IMG/VR virus record: IMGVR_UViG_2654588150_000002
Coordinates: 418 to 64,417 of that record
Reading direction: 5' to 3' (one strand)
Source of the DNA: a virus
Taxonomy: Duplodnaviria > Caudoviricetes
Length of the DNA stretch: 64,000 nt
Part shown: piece after piece, positions 1 through 9,336 of the stretch
Numbering within the stretch: the stretch's first letter is position 1
How the letters are laid out: every line of letters starts with the position of its first letter
The notes under the pieces: model-generated
Told to the model about the DNA's origin: nothing
The model's input: only the letters and a program-made list of their open reading frames with translations
Databases searched by the model: none
Position numbers and translations under genes: made by a program

Positions 1-359
1 GACATTTGCAGCCCCTTGCGCGCTGCGTCGCGCTGCTGGCGCACGAAGCCAGGGAGGGTGATATCCGGCGCGGACGGCTTCACCACGCCGATAAGCTCGC
101 GCAAGTGGTCCGCCTTAATCATCACCTGGCATGCGAGGCTTTCCGGGTGATCGTTGCCGTCGTGCTGCCAGTACCAAACCTCGCCTTTCTCCTCGGCCTG
201 ACGGCGGGCCAGCTCGGCGCGCAGCTCGGCGTTCTCGGGCTCGATAGCGCGCAGCACTTGGACGGCACGCACGAGCGTTTCAAGGTCGATCTTGCCCGGC
301 TTCTTCTCGCCGTTCGCGACAGCGAGGTATTCGGCTTCGAGGTTATCTGCGATGGACAT
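1..359 (-). CDS. Phage hypothetical protein, runs off the left edge (MSIADNLEAEYLAVANGEKK...)
   Basis: Manually translated; ATG at 359, open to position 1, directly downstream of the stop at 361. Confidence 0.7.
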   Translation of the reverse strand, partial: MSIADNLEAEYLAVANGEKKPGKIDLETLVRAVQVLRAIEPENAELRAELARRQAEEKGEVWYWQHDGNDHPESLACQVMIKADHLRELIGVVKPSAPDITLPGFVRQQRDAARKGLQM

Positions 360-360
360 A

Positions 361-939
361 TCAGGCTCCAAGAGTTTCAAGGTAACGGCGGAACAGCGTC
401 GACGGCGTTTGCCCGAGCGCTTCCTGAATGGCGGCCAGCTCGCGGGCGAGCACAACATGCGGATCGGGGAGCTTCGTCCAAACGTCGGGCTCGGGCGTGT
501 TCGTCGCTTCCATCGCCTCGCGCGCAGCGTCGACGCTCACAGACATTCCCAACTCATTGCCAAGCGACGAAGCGAGCACTTCGAGACTCGACACGCTGGC
601 GATATTGACCTTTTTGACCAATTCGCACAGGAGGTAGAACTCTTTGGGCGTCAACTGCTGCGCTGCGGGCGTGGTGTTCTTCGGCATTTCTTCTTCCTCG
701 ATTGCGGGCGCCACGCCGGGCGCCGGATTGTTTCGTGCAAAGCGCTTGATGCGCGCGTGTTCGTTCAAGTCGCCGCGCGGGTCAGCACGCGACGACGTTG
801 AAAGCTGGAAAGTGCCAACAACGCTGTTCGGGGCTTTCGCCTCGATCGCGACACGATTGTTTTTCATGCCGGTCGAGACGATTTCGAGGCCCGCATCGAG
901 CACCATGTCGCGTAGGAGCTTCATGCGGGACTGGCTCAC
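361..939 (-). CDS. Phage hypothetical protein
   Basis: GTG at 939 overlaps the upstream TGA (GTGA coupling); GC3-rich codons. Confidence 0.7.
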   Translation of the reverse strand: MSQSRMKLLRDMVLDAGLEIVSTGMKNNRVAIEAKAPNSVVGTFQLSTSSRADPRGDLNEHARIKRFARNNPAPGVAPAIEEEEMPKNTTPAAQQLTPKEFYLLCELVKKVNIASVSSLEVLASSLGNELGMSVSVDAAREAMEATNTPEPDVWTKLPDPHVVLARELAAIQEALGQTPSTLFRRYLETLGA

Positions 940-2351
940 GCGGGGCGCTCCTCGGCGGCGCGCTCGGCGACGCAATCGCACTGTTCCATGTTCGGATGGT
1001 GTCCATCCGCTTCGCTCGTCGGGCCTTCCACGACGTACCAGCCGGAACCGTTGCAGACCGTGCAGCGCGCGGCGTGGCGACGCTCCAGCTCCGCGATAAT
1101 CAGCGCGCCGGCCTTTTCGAGGTTGCGCTCGGGCGTGCTCGGCTTCCACCAGCTCGCTTCCCACGGCCACGTACCCGGCACCATCGAGCGCGGATGATTC
1201 TGGCCTTTCGTCGAGGAGACAGCGTAGGCCGCGCCAGCGAACGCAAGGTCGAACTTCACGAACTGCGCGTCGCGCTCGGGCGAGAAGCCTTCGACCGTGA
1301 TTTGGCGATGCCGCTCGGCGAGGATCGCGCGCACGGCGGGCGAGATGTGCGGCACGAGTGCATGCAACTCGGAGATTTCATGCTTGAGGCGGCGCTTCGA
1401 GGGCTCGCCGTTCTTCGGCAGCTCGACCGTTCGCCATTCGTCCGTACCCGTGAGGGCGCCACGCGCGCGCAGCTCGATCCAACGCAGGCGGCGCGATTGC
1501 TCGCGGCTACGCTGTGCCGTGCGCTCGATATGGCCGAGTGCATCGCGAAGCGGGCGCAACTGGTTGAAGTGTTCGACGGCGATAGCATTCCGGGCCTGAT
1601 CGGACACGTAGGCGCCGTAGACGCGGCTCAACGAGTCGCGGCTGATGCGGACGAGCGGAAAATGCTCAGACATAGAAAGCACGTTGGAGCACTCCATCAC
1701 GGCGCCGCGCAATTCATCTGGCACCTGTGCGGCTTTGCGCTCCTCCTCGCGGTGCGCGCTTACTTCGCGGATGCGCTTGGCGAGCGCGAGGCCGAACCCG
1801 TACCCGAGCGAGGCAACGCCGTTGCGGTACGTTTCGCCCGGCCGATCCATGAATGCGCGGATCGTCGCGACCGTTTCATCGTCGAGCTTCGCCGGCTGTG
1901 CGTGCCGGTCGATGTTGCGCGTACCCTCTGCGACCTTGCGATTGAAGTCATAGATGCGCTCGCGAACGTGCCTCATGCGCTCGCTGAGAACTTCGCGAGC
2001 GTGCGCGTGCTCGTCGGAGTCAACCTCCTCGCCGTCGTCAATCTTCATGTCCAGCTCGGCGAGCACGTTCACGCCGTCGATAAGGCTCTCGGCCGCAGTC
2101 ACGAGGTATCCGCCCCACTCGATAGCGCGCGAGCGCTCCATGCTCACCTGTAGCGAGAGGGCGGACGTTTCCGCGTCCGTTTTCGCGATGCCGTATTGCA
2201 TGGCGGCCACGAGCGCAATCTGCATGCGCGCCACGATTTGCGCCGTGCGCTCTGGCGGGACCATCTGGCAATGGGTGTACAGCTCGCGCGCCGCTTCGAG
2301 CGCGGCGTGATCCATCCACTCGGGCGGCGTGGCGTTTTCCGGCTTATTCAT
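936..2351 (-). CDS. Phage protein with conserved C-terminal AERxRQ...WPW...WWKP...GALIIAELER domain
   Basis: 471 aa ORF with GGAG RBS; C-terminal motif is a widespread phage domain of unknown function. Confidence 0.8.
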   Translation of the reverse strand: MNKPENATPPEWMDHAALEAARELYTHCQMVPPERTAQIVARMQIALVAAMQYGIAKTDAETSALSLQVSMERSRAIEWGGYLVTAAESLIDGVNVLAELDMKIDDGEEVDSDEHAHAREVLSERMRHVRERIYDFNRKVAEGTRNIDRHAQPAKLDDETVATIRAFMDRPGETYRNGVASLGYGFGLALAKRIREVSAHREEERKAAQVPDELRGAVMECSNVLSMSEHFPLVRISRDSLSRVYGAYVSDQARNAIAVEHFNQLRPLRDALGHIERTAQRSREQSRRLRWIELRARGALTGTDEWRTVELPKNGEPSKRRLKHEISELHALVPHISPAVRAILAERHRQITVEGFSPERDAQFVKFDLAFAGAAYAVSSTKGQNHPRSMVPGTWPWEASWWKPSTPERNLEKAGALIIAELERRHAARCTVCNGSGWYVVEGPTSEADGHHPNMEQCDCVAERAAEERPA

Positions 2352-2386
2352 TACTCTCTCCTTGGCATGGTCTTACAAAACAATCA

Positions 2387-2423
2387 TGGTATGATTATCG
2401 AACCACAATAGGCGTGATGTCAA
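2387..2423 (-). promoter_or_regulatory. Leftward sigma70 promoter (TTGACA-18-GATAAT) overlapped by a 20-nt operator variant
   Basis: -35 at 2423-2418, -10 at 2399-2394; TGGTATGATTATCGAAACCA at 2387-2406. Confidence 0.65.
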
Positions 2424-2440
2424 GCCAATGGCGCCGTTGA

Positions 2441-2932
2441 TTACCTTGTTTGCTTCATGATTTTCAGACGGCGCGCTAACTCCTCCTGCGCGAGGTCTGT
2501 CCGCATACCGGCCAGCGCGAGCGCGGGAATATCGCCGAGGAAGTCGCAGACCTCCTCGACGTGCTCGGACAGGGCGCGTATCTCGTCGCCGTTGGCCGTG
2601 TAGATGCCGCGCTCGGTATGCCGCTGCATGATGAGCACGAGCGCGGCCGCTATCTTGTAGACGGCCGGCTGAAACTCGGGATGGTCAAACTCCTGACAGA
2701 ACCGGAGCCCGAGCTGCACGAAGTCATTGAACTGGCAGAGCTGGTCATAGCCGAACGTGCCGGCTTTCAGGGCGCCGATACCGGCCAGGAGTTTGATTTT
2801 CGTCGTGACGATGCTGTCCGCGCTCTCGGCGGGCATCGCGTCAGACATCATGATTGACTTGTGGAGTCGCGGGATAGACCGGGCTTTCGCCCGGTTGCCC
2901 TTTGCTGCTGCCCTACGCTCTGCGCGATTCAT
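2441..2932 (-). CDS. Phage hypothetical protein
   Basis: 163 aa ORF coupled to recT stop (ATGA overlap). Confidence 0.75.
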   Translation of the reverse strand: MNRAERRAAAKGNRAKARSIPRLHKSIMMSDAMPAESADSIVTTKIKLLAGIGALKAGTFGYDQLCQFNDFVQLGLRFCQEFDHPEFQPAVYKIAAALVLIMQRHTERGIYTANGDEIRALSEHVEEVCDFLGDIPALALAGMRTDLAQEELARRLKIMKQTR

Positions 2933-3882
2933 GCTGCTTCACTCTCCCAAGGTACGTCGGGCAGGCCGCCGGCCGCGGCATGGGCCGGTTCCGCCTGCCG
3001 GGCGCGGTTGATGATGCCGGCCATGCGCGAGGGGCGGGCGGCTTCCTGCGCCGGGCGCTCGTCGGTAAGTACGGGCGCGGCGCCGCCGTTCTTCTGCGGA
3101 TCGGCCGGCGGCGGCGCATTGTTCTCTACGGCGGGCGGCGTATCGTCGCGGAAGTTGTAACCCTGCGCTTCGTTGTCGTTCGCAATCACGCGTTCGAGCG
3201 CTTCCGGCGCGTTCGGCATGAGCTTCGCGGCGCGCTTGATAACGGCCTTAATGCCCATTTGGTCGTACCACTTTGTCCACGGGCTGTTCTTGCCGTCGCC
3301 CGTCTTGGACGCGAGGCGCGTCTTTTCGATATCGCGGCGCGGCATTACCTCGCGGTGCTTCGAGCCGTCGCGGAACGTCACGATGACGTAGGCGGCAATC
3401 ACCGGACCGGGCTCGTCCTCGCCGAGGTAGGGCTCGTGCTCGATCGCGGGCGCGTCGCCGCGCCGGAAGTGGAATACGTCCTTGTCGTACACGGCGGCCG
3501 CGTCGATATCGACGATATCCGCCGAGCTGCGCATAATCTTGAGAATGCCGCGCACCATCGGCAGGTATTGCACGGTCGGAACCCACACCTCGACGTTGCG
3601 ATTGCCCTGCTTTTCGGTCTGCTTGGTGTTGTAGACGTTGAACACGGCTTCGCGGCCGTCCGGCAATAGACCATCCTGTGCGGCCTTCATGCACGAGATA
3701 AACAGGCTCTTGCGATCGGCATAGAGCAAATCCTCGTTCACCTGAACGGCCGTCAACGTCGTGCGGATGAAGCGGTCTACGTCGATGCCCGGCGGCAGCG
3801 CGACGGCAACCTGTTCGCGCATACCCTCGATCGACGCTTTGAACGCCTTAAATGGACTGAGCTGTTGCTGTTGGTCTGACAT
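2929..3882 (-). CDS. recT: RecT-family single-strand annealing recombinase
   Basis: KAAQDGLLPDGREA, QYLPMVRGILK and W..WYDQMGIKAVIKR motifs; GGAG RBS before MSDQQQ. Confidence 0.9.
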   Translation of the reverse strand: MSDQQQQLSPFKAFKASIEGMREQVAVALPPGIDVDRFIRTTLTAVQVNEDLLYADRKSLFISCMKAAQDGLLPDGREAVFNVYNTKQTEKQGNRNVEVWVPTVQYLPMVRGILKIMRSSADIVDIDAAAVYDKDVFHFRRGDAPAIEHEPYLGEDEPGPVIAAYVIVTFRDGSKHREVMPRRDIEKTRLASKTGDGKNSPWTKWYDQMGIKAVIKRAAKLMPNAPEALERVIANDNEAQGYNFRDDTPPAVENNAPPPADPQKNGGAAPVLTDERPAQEAARPSRMAGIINRARQAEPAHAAAGGLPDVPWESEAA

Positions 3883-3935
3883 GGTGTGCTCCTGTGTGGC
3901 GCCGCATCGCATGGTATGGTGCGGCGCCGTGCGTT

Positions 3936-4964
3936 TTAGGCGGCCTTCTTTTCGGTGATGCGCACGTTGCGGTAGGGCGGCACCGTCGCCTCGATCGACG
4001 CGGCCGGCACCTTGGTAATCGTGATCGTCACGCGCTCGCCGGCCTCGCGGTTGTACGCGCGAATCGACTCCTTGTTCGTGCCCGCGCTGATGCTGAAACC
4101 GGCCGCCTTCACCGTCTTGGCGGCTTCGATGATGGTCAGCAGCTCGGCGCGCGCGCCGGCCTTACGAGCCTCTGCGGCCTTCACGGCGACGCCGGCTGCC
4201 GTGTATTCCTTGCACAGCTCGTAGACGCGCGGGTTGCTCGTGAGGTCGAGCGCGCTTCCATCGTTCTCCAGGTGGAGCTTGCTGATAGTCTTGGCGTCCT
4301 CGACGTAGTGCGGTTCCGGCGACACGCCCGCGTCGATGCGATCCCAAAAGCGCTGTACGCGCGTGCGGATCATTTCGCCAATTTCGAGGTCGCGCTCACG
4401 GATCAGCGGCTTCGGCGTGTTGCCGCCGACGAGCGGCGCGATAAGCGACCAGTTCATGTCGGCGACTTCGAGCTGGTGCTGCACCTGAATCTCAATGTGC
4501 GGCGGCGCCTCGATTTGCTCGCCATCTTCGAGCCACGTTCGGCGGAATACAAGGCCGTCAACGTTCTTGATTTCCATGATGCCGGGGCCGTGCTTGTCGA
4601 ACATTTCGCGCGCTGCGTTGCGCTCGAAGCCCGGTACGAGCCCGACGATTTTGAAGTCGAACGACGAGCCCATGCGGATTTCCGCGATGCGACCATAGAC
4701 TTTGAACGGCTCGACGATCAGGCCCATGTCCTCTGCGATGCCGGCCGCAATCGCGGCTTCGAGGCGGCGGCCCCACTTCACGCGCTCGTTATCTTTGAAG
4801 TCGCTCGGTAGGCGGCCGGTTTTGACCTGATGCAGTGCGAACTCGGTGAAATACGGCGACGAGTCGAACAGCGCGGCCGCTTCCGTCGAGGTCAAGTCTT
4901 TCTCGCGCATCGCGAGCCATTGTGCTTCGGTTTCAAACGTGAGGGTTTGGCGGGTCAGTTCCAT
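3936..4964 (-). CDS. YqaJ/RecE-like viral recombination exonuclease
   Basis: W..R..DLTSTEAAA, WGRRLE, SFD, EIKN, QVQHQL motifs; adjacent to recT. Confidence 0.88.
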   Translation of the reverse strand: MELTRQTLTFETEAQWLAMREKDLTSTEAAALFDSSPYFTEFALHQVKTGRLPSDFKDNERVKWGRRLEAAIAAGIAEDMGLIVEPFKVYGRIAEIRMGSSFDFKIVGLVPGFERNAAREMFDKHGPGIMEIKNVDGLVFRRTWLEDGEQIEAPPHIEIQVQHQLEVADMNWSLIAPLVGGNTPKPLIRERDLEIGEMIRTRVQRFWDRIDAGVSPEPHYVEDAKTISKLHLENDGSALDLTSNPRVYELCKEYTAAGVAVKAAEARKAGARAELLTIIEAAKTVKAAGFSISAGTNKESIRAYNREAGERVTITITKVPAASIEATVPPYRNVRITEKKAA

Positions 4965-5004
4965 CGTTCTCTCCATTGGCATGTTTTGGTGCGGAATGGT
5001 GCTA

Positions 5005-5080
5005 AAGATAATTCCGCGAATCGCATCCGTCAATAGACGCGCGATTACATTGTGCTGCCAATGGTTCGATTTCGCAACCA
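5005..5080 (-). promoter_or_regulatory. pL-like promoter (TTGACG-17-TATCTT) with upstream 19-bp operator
   Basis: -35 at 5033-5028, -10 at 5010-5005; operator TGGTTCGATTTCGCAACCA at 5062-5080. Confidence 0.65.
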
Positions 5081-5090
5081 GAATTTGAGG

Positions 5091-5672
5091 CTAGAACCGC
5101 GCAAACATCAGAGGAGAAGCCCAATCTAGTTGCACATTGTTCGCTGTGTGGGGGCCGGATAGGTTGTAGGTTCCTTCCGTATAGCCCCGCTTGACCGCCG
5201 CGACCACTATCGAACCACCTACCACGCTCGCTATACAGAAGCGTCCTATTGCGTCCGGCGCGACGGTATCGCGCGGCACGTAGAAGCAAACCCACGCGTC
5301 CATCCACGATAGAGGAGTGTCCGCTGTTCGGAACTGGATCGCGGCCGCGTTCTCAGGCAGGGCTAACGGCGAATCTGTTCGATCATATCCGCCGGTAGTC
5401 ACAGTCCCATCGCCGCCCACAAACCCTGTAACCGTCACCCGCTTGCCCGCCGCCGGTCTGGAATCAATACCGGCCGCTAGCGCGATGTCATGCAAAGGCA
5501 CACCAAAAACGTCTGATAGGGCGGCCGCCTCGTCTAACTGCATACGCCTCTGCCCGCTCAGTGTGAGCGAGAGCTGAGAGTGATTCATTTCCATTCTCTT
5601 GGCTAGGCCGCGCATGGATAACTTCCGCGCGGCCATTAGATCAAGGAAATATTGCTTGTTGACGGTTGACAT
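5091..5672 (-). CDS. Immunity repressor (Xre HTH plus degenerate S24-like C-domain)
   Basis: N-terminal HTH (SMRGLAKRMEMNHSQLSLTLSGQR), C-terminal VKR; divergent from a small HTH gene. Confidence 0.8.
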   Translation of the reverse strand: MSTVNKQYFLDLMAARKLSMRGLAKRMEMNHSQLSLTLSGQRRMQLDEAAALSDVFGVPLHDIALAAGIDSRPAAGKRVTVTGFVGGDGTVTTGGYDRTDSPLALPENAAAIQFRTADTPLSWMDAWVCFYVPRDTVAPDAIGRFCIASVVGGSIVVAAVKRGYTEGTYNLSGPHTANNVQLDWASPLMFARF

Positions 5673-5731
5673 GGCTGACCTCCCCTATTTATCTATTGAC
5701 CGGATTCTATGGCATACGTAAGGCAACGAGG

Positions 5732-5760
5732 TTGACATGATGGTTCGATAAGCGCACCAT
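5732..5760 (+). promoter_or_regulatory. pR-like promoter overlapped by 19-bp operator
   Basis: TTGACA 5732-5737, 17-nt spacer, weak -10 CACCAT; operator TGGTTCGATAAGCGCACCA 5741-5759. Confidence 0.65.
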
Positions 5761-5799
5761 GTCGATACCGAAACTATCGACTTATGTGGGGTAACGAAC

Positions 5800-6153
5800 A
5801 TGACTGTGCGTATCGAGTCGGAAATTACGCCCGACGTGGCCCGCCAACTGCGCAGCAATGCCGGTCTGACGCAGCGCGAATTTTGGGGCAGCGTGGGCAG
5901 CAATCAGGCATCGGGCCATTGGTTCGAGATGGGTAAGCGCAAGGCCATCCCGAAGCCGATCCGCATTTTGATTTTCCTGCGCTACGTCGCGAAGTTCGAA
6001 ATTGCGGCGGATGAGCCGAACAAGGCCGATGCGCTCGTGCGTATCGGCAATGAAATCTCGGCGAAGATGGAAGCGCAGCGCGCCGAGGAAGCGGCGAAGG
6101 AAGCGACGGCCAAGGCGAAAGAGGCCGCGCGCCGCGTTCGCCAAATGGCCTAG
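5800..6153 (+). CDS. Cro-like HTH regulator
   Basis: LRSNAGLTQREFWGSVGSNQASGHWFEMG HTH; divergent from the repressor. Confidence 0.8.
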   Translation: MTVRIESEITPDVARQLRSNAGLTQREFWGSVGSNQASGHWFEMGKRKAIPKPIRILIFLRYVAKFEIAADEPNKADALVRIGNEISAKMEAQRAEEAAKEATAKAKEAARRVRQMA

Positions 6154-6193
6154 TAGCAATCATTTAACGTAGTCACATTAAGGAGAGTGAATC

Positions 6194-6580
6194 ATGGCAG
6201 GCCCGAAACCGTTTAACGACACGCTGGTCCAGCTTCGCTTTGGCGAGCTGCACGACGAATTGACCGAGGCCATGAATGAAATGGTCAAGAAGGTCGACGC
6301 CTCGCAGAAGTCCGGCAAGATCGTGCTCACGCTGGCATTCAAGGCAGGGAAGGGCGGACAGCTTGAAATCGCCGACGACCTCAAGATCACGTTGCCGAAG
6401 ATCGAAAAGGCCACGTCGATCCTGTTTGCGACGCCGGAAGGCAACCTGCAACGCCAAGACCCGCGCCAAAAGACGTTCGAGGGTATCCGCAGCGTGGATC
6501 AGGAAGCCGAAGCGATGCGCGCAGTTCGCACGGGCACCGATGACGCAGCGCCGGCACCGCTCGCAGTTCGCGGCGCGTAA
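6194..6580 (+). CDS. Conserved phage protein (usual upstream partner of DUF2303)
   Basis: KSGKIVLTL...FATPEGNLQRQDPRQ motif; AGGAG RBS. Confidence 0.8.
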   Translation: MAGPKPFNDTLVQLRFGELHDELTEAMNEMVKKVDASQKSGKIVLTLAFKAGKGGQLEIADDLKITLPKIEKATSILFATPEGNLQRQDPRQKTFEGIRSVDQEAEAMRAVRTGTDDAAPAPLAVRGA

Positions 6581-6610
6581 TAGCACCGCACCATACCGCA
6601 CCATCCCATC

Positions 6611-7462
6611 ATGACGTACACCTATACGGAAGCTGAAAAAATGGAAAACCTGAATTTCAAAGAAGCAATGGACGCTGGCGCAGCAATGGTCGAAATCAAG
6701 GAAGTGCTCGGCGTGCCCGTGGCAGTCGTGCCGGACGGCTACGACCTGAAAACGCTCGAACACCTGTTGAGCCGTGAGCGCCCGACGCGCGCGAAGGGCA
6801 CGCACAAGATTCTCGACGCGGAAAGCTTCATCCGCTTTGTGTCGCCCTACGCCGAGCAGGGCCACGCGGTTGACCTGTACTACCACATCGAACCGTCGCC
6901 TATCTTCACGGCCGTGCTCAACGCCGCGCGTCCGGGCACGCCGTCGCACGAGGACCATCAAGCGATCTACGCCGCGCCCATGTCGAAGGAATGGGAGACG
7001 TGGACGCAGGCCGATGGCGTCAAGATGGATCAGGTGAAGTTCGCGCAGTTCATCGAGCGCAACCTCCTCGACATCCATTCGCCGACTGGCGCGGAAATGC
7101 TCGAAGTCGCAACGAGCTTCCAGGCGAAGAAGGGTGTCAACTTTGCGAGCGGCACGAAGCTCGCGAACGGTCAGACGCAGCTCGTCTACGAAGAAACGAT
7201 TCAGGCGAAGGCCGGCGAAAAGGGCACGCTCAACGTGCCGGACGAAATCACCATCGTGATTCCCGTGTTCGACGGCTCGACGGTCGGCGACAAGATCACG
7301 GCGAAGTTCCGCTACCAGATCGACGGCGGCCGCCTGTTCATGTGGTTCGAGCTGGTGCGTGCGCACAAGGTTCTCGAACTGGCAACGGGCGACTTGCTGA
7401 CGAAGATTCAAGAGGGCACGAAGCTCGTCGCGTACAAGGGCACCGCTCCTAGCGCCCGCTAA
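6611..7462 (+). CDS. DUF2303 (YfdQ-like) protein
   Basis: SKEW..W, Q.KFAQFIERN and VPDEITIVIPVF motifs; start may be 6641. Confidence 0.85.
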   Translation: MTYTYTEAEKMENLNFKEAMDAGAAMVEIKEVLGVPVAVVPDGYDLKTLEHLLSRERPTRAKGTHKILDAESFIRFVSPYAEQGHAVDLYYHIEPSPIFTAVLNAARPGTPSHEDHQAIYAAPMSKEWETWTQADGVKMDQVKFAQFIERNLLDIHSPTGAEMLEVATSFQAKKGVNFASGTKLANGQTQLVYEETIQAKAGEKGTLNVPDEITIVIPVFDGSTVGDKITAKFRYQIDGGRLFMWFELVRAHKVLELATGDLLTKIQEGTKLVAYKGTAPSAR

Positions 7463-7649
7463 TCAATAGCACCATACGGCACCATACGATAGCGTGTGGT
7501 GCAAAATCTGCGAGCATTCATCAGGCCGCGCCGGACCTCAGTAACCGGCACCTTTCAGACACAGCTCGATAGACGGCTGACCCGGAGTAGGTTCGCAACC
7601 CTCTGGCCGCACCGAGACAGCGCCCCCTGACGGCGTTCGAGTTGTGCCT

Positions 7650-7820
7650 GAAAGGTTGTGAAGCGAAATCAGTAGCGAACCCGAGCGTGCGCACGCGGAG
7701 GGGAGCGAAACAAAGTAGCTGGCGCAGGCTGCGCAACGAGCTGACTAACTCCCCGTAGGTATCCGGCGACGGGCTCTTTTCAGATCGATGCCGGCGGATC
7801 GTACCCGCCACCTTTCTCCA
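7650..7820 (+). ncRNA. Candidate 171-nt tRNA-like structured RNA
   Basis: Acceptor GAAAGGT/ACCTTTC + T + CCA; T-arm GGCGG-ATCGTAC-CCGCC; nested internal helices; non-coding gap. Confidence 0.55.
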
Positions 7821-7853
7821 ACCACCTGTTAATCCTAGATACGGACAACGACC

Positions 7854-8369
7854 ATGATCCTCACCGGATACTGCCGCATCGGCAATGAGCCCGAACTGCG
7901 CCACACCCAAGGCGACAACTCCACCGCCGTTGTAAATCTCGACCTCGCATTCAACTACGGCCGCCGCGACGACAGCGGCGAACGGCCTACGCAGTGGGTC
8001 CGGGGTTCCCTTTGGGGCCAACGCGCCGAGGCGCTTATCGACTACCTCGTGAAGGGCCAAGGGCTCGACGTGGTTGTCGACGACGTGCATGTCGAGCTGT
8101 ACGACAAGAACAACGGCGAAGTCGGCGCGAACCTGATCGGCCGCATCGTCATGCTGGAGTTCGCTGGCTCGCCGCCGGGCGGCAATCAGCAGCAAGGCAA
8201 CCAGCAGCAGCGCAACGGCAACGGCCGCACGCAGCAGCAAACGCAGGGCAACAACGGCCGCCAGCAGCAACAGCAGCGCGGCAATGGCAACGGCCGCAAC
8301 TCGTACAGCGATGCGAAGAACGGTCGCACGCAGCGCGGCGGCTATGACGATCGGGAGTCGTTCGAATGA
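7854..8369 (+). CDS. ssb: Single-stranded DNA-binding protein
   Basis: GYCRIGNEPELR, TQWVRGSLWGQRAEAL..YLVKG OB fold; Q/G/N-rich tail. Confidence 0.9.
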   Translation: MILTGYCRIGNEPELRHTQGDNSTAVVNLDLAFNYGRRDDSGERPTQWVRGSLWGQRAEALIDYLVKGQGLDVVVDDVHVELYDKNNGEVGANLIGRIVMLEFAGSPPGGNQQQGNQQQRNGNGRTQQQTQGNNGRQQQQQRGNGNGRNSYSDAKNGRTQRGGYDDRESFE

Positions 8370-8836
8370 GCGACGTGCAACCTCTCTTTCACGGCGAGGT
8401 CCAGCTCGCCGCCTGGAGCGAGTCGCACACGGGCGGCGCCAAGATCGTGCTGTGGCTTTCCGATCCCGCTGACCTCGAAGCGTTCCGCGTGATGACCGTT
8501 CGCAAGGGCAACGTCGCCGGGCAGCGCATGGCGTGCGCGCTAGTTGAAATCGGCGATGACGAACAGCCGGTTCAGCCCGTGCAGCAGGCCGCCGAGAACC
8601 CGAAGGGCGGCCCGCTGGCGAAGCTCGCCGGTATGTGGTGCGACAACCCGAAGTTTTGGGAGTGGATTCGCTCCAAGGGCGCGCGCTGCACTGGCCACGA
8701 GGAGGCGGCGCAGATCATCCGCAAAACGTGCAAGATCGGCAGTCGCGCCGAGCTGGACAGCAATCGCGAGGCCGCGAGCGTGTTCAATGAAATGTTTCGC
8801 AAGCCGTTCGGTTACTGGATGAGCGGCGCGCAATGA
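8366..8836 (+). CDS. Phage hypothetical protein
   Basis: Coupled ORF; C-terminal C.I.SRAELD motif common in phage proteins. Confidence 0.75.
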   Translation: MSDVQPLFHGEVQLAAWSESHTGGAKIVLWLSDPADLEAFRVMTVRKGNVAGQRMACALVEIGDDEQPVQPVQQAAENPKGGPLAKLAGMWCDNPKFWEWIRSKGARCTGHEEAAQIIRKTCKIGSRAELDSNREAASVFNEMFRKPFGYWMSGAQ

Positions 8837-9336
8837 AGAAATCCGCACTCGTGCGGAAAACTCCGATGGCGCGAGGCTCGGCCCAGCTCGCGCGATCGGA
8901 GTTCAAGTCACGCACCACCGCGAAGCCGCGCCGCACCGGGCCGCCGAAAGTCAAAGACACGCCGCGCCCGCGCATCGTGTCGACTGCGCTTGAGGAGTTC
9001 CACCGCGGCCGCGTCGCGCAGATCGGCTGCATCGTCTGTATCAACCTGCGCCACGGCCGTAGCCCGGCCGAGCTGCACCACGCGCGCACGTATGCCGGCG
9101 GCGGACAAAAGTCGACCGAGTTTCACGTTCTCCCGATTTGCCCGCTGCACCACCGTCTAGGCGGCTCGGGCGTCGCGCTGCACGCCGGCCGCCTGACGTG
9201 GGCAAAGCTCTACGGCACCGAAGAAGAACTGCTGATTCAAGTCTTGAGCGTGCTCGGCTTTGAAGTCGAGCCCGATGACCTTTGGCGCCCCGACCTTGGA
9301 GCGCTCCTCTATCCCAACGGAATACCCTTCAAATGA
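8833..9336 (+). CDS. Ref-like (recombination enhancement) HNH-type nuclease
   Basis: GCIVC...PAELHH.R...LPICPLHHR.G...LHAG motifs. Confidence 0.78.
   Translation: MKKSALVRKTPMARGSAQLARSEFKSRTTAKPRRTGPPKVKDTPRPRIVSTALEEFHRGRVAQIGCIVCINLRHGRSPAELHHARTYAGGGQKSTEFHVLPICPLHHRLGGSGVALHAGRLTWAKLYGTEEELLIQVLSVLGFEVEPDDLWRPDLGALLYPNGIPFK

Noticed and set aside
7650-7820. tmRNA or canonical tRNA gene
   Set aside because: No G3:U70 pair, no tag reading frame, no 7-nt anticodon loop at the canonical position; kept only as tRNA-like
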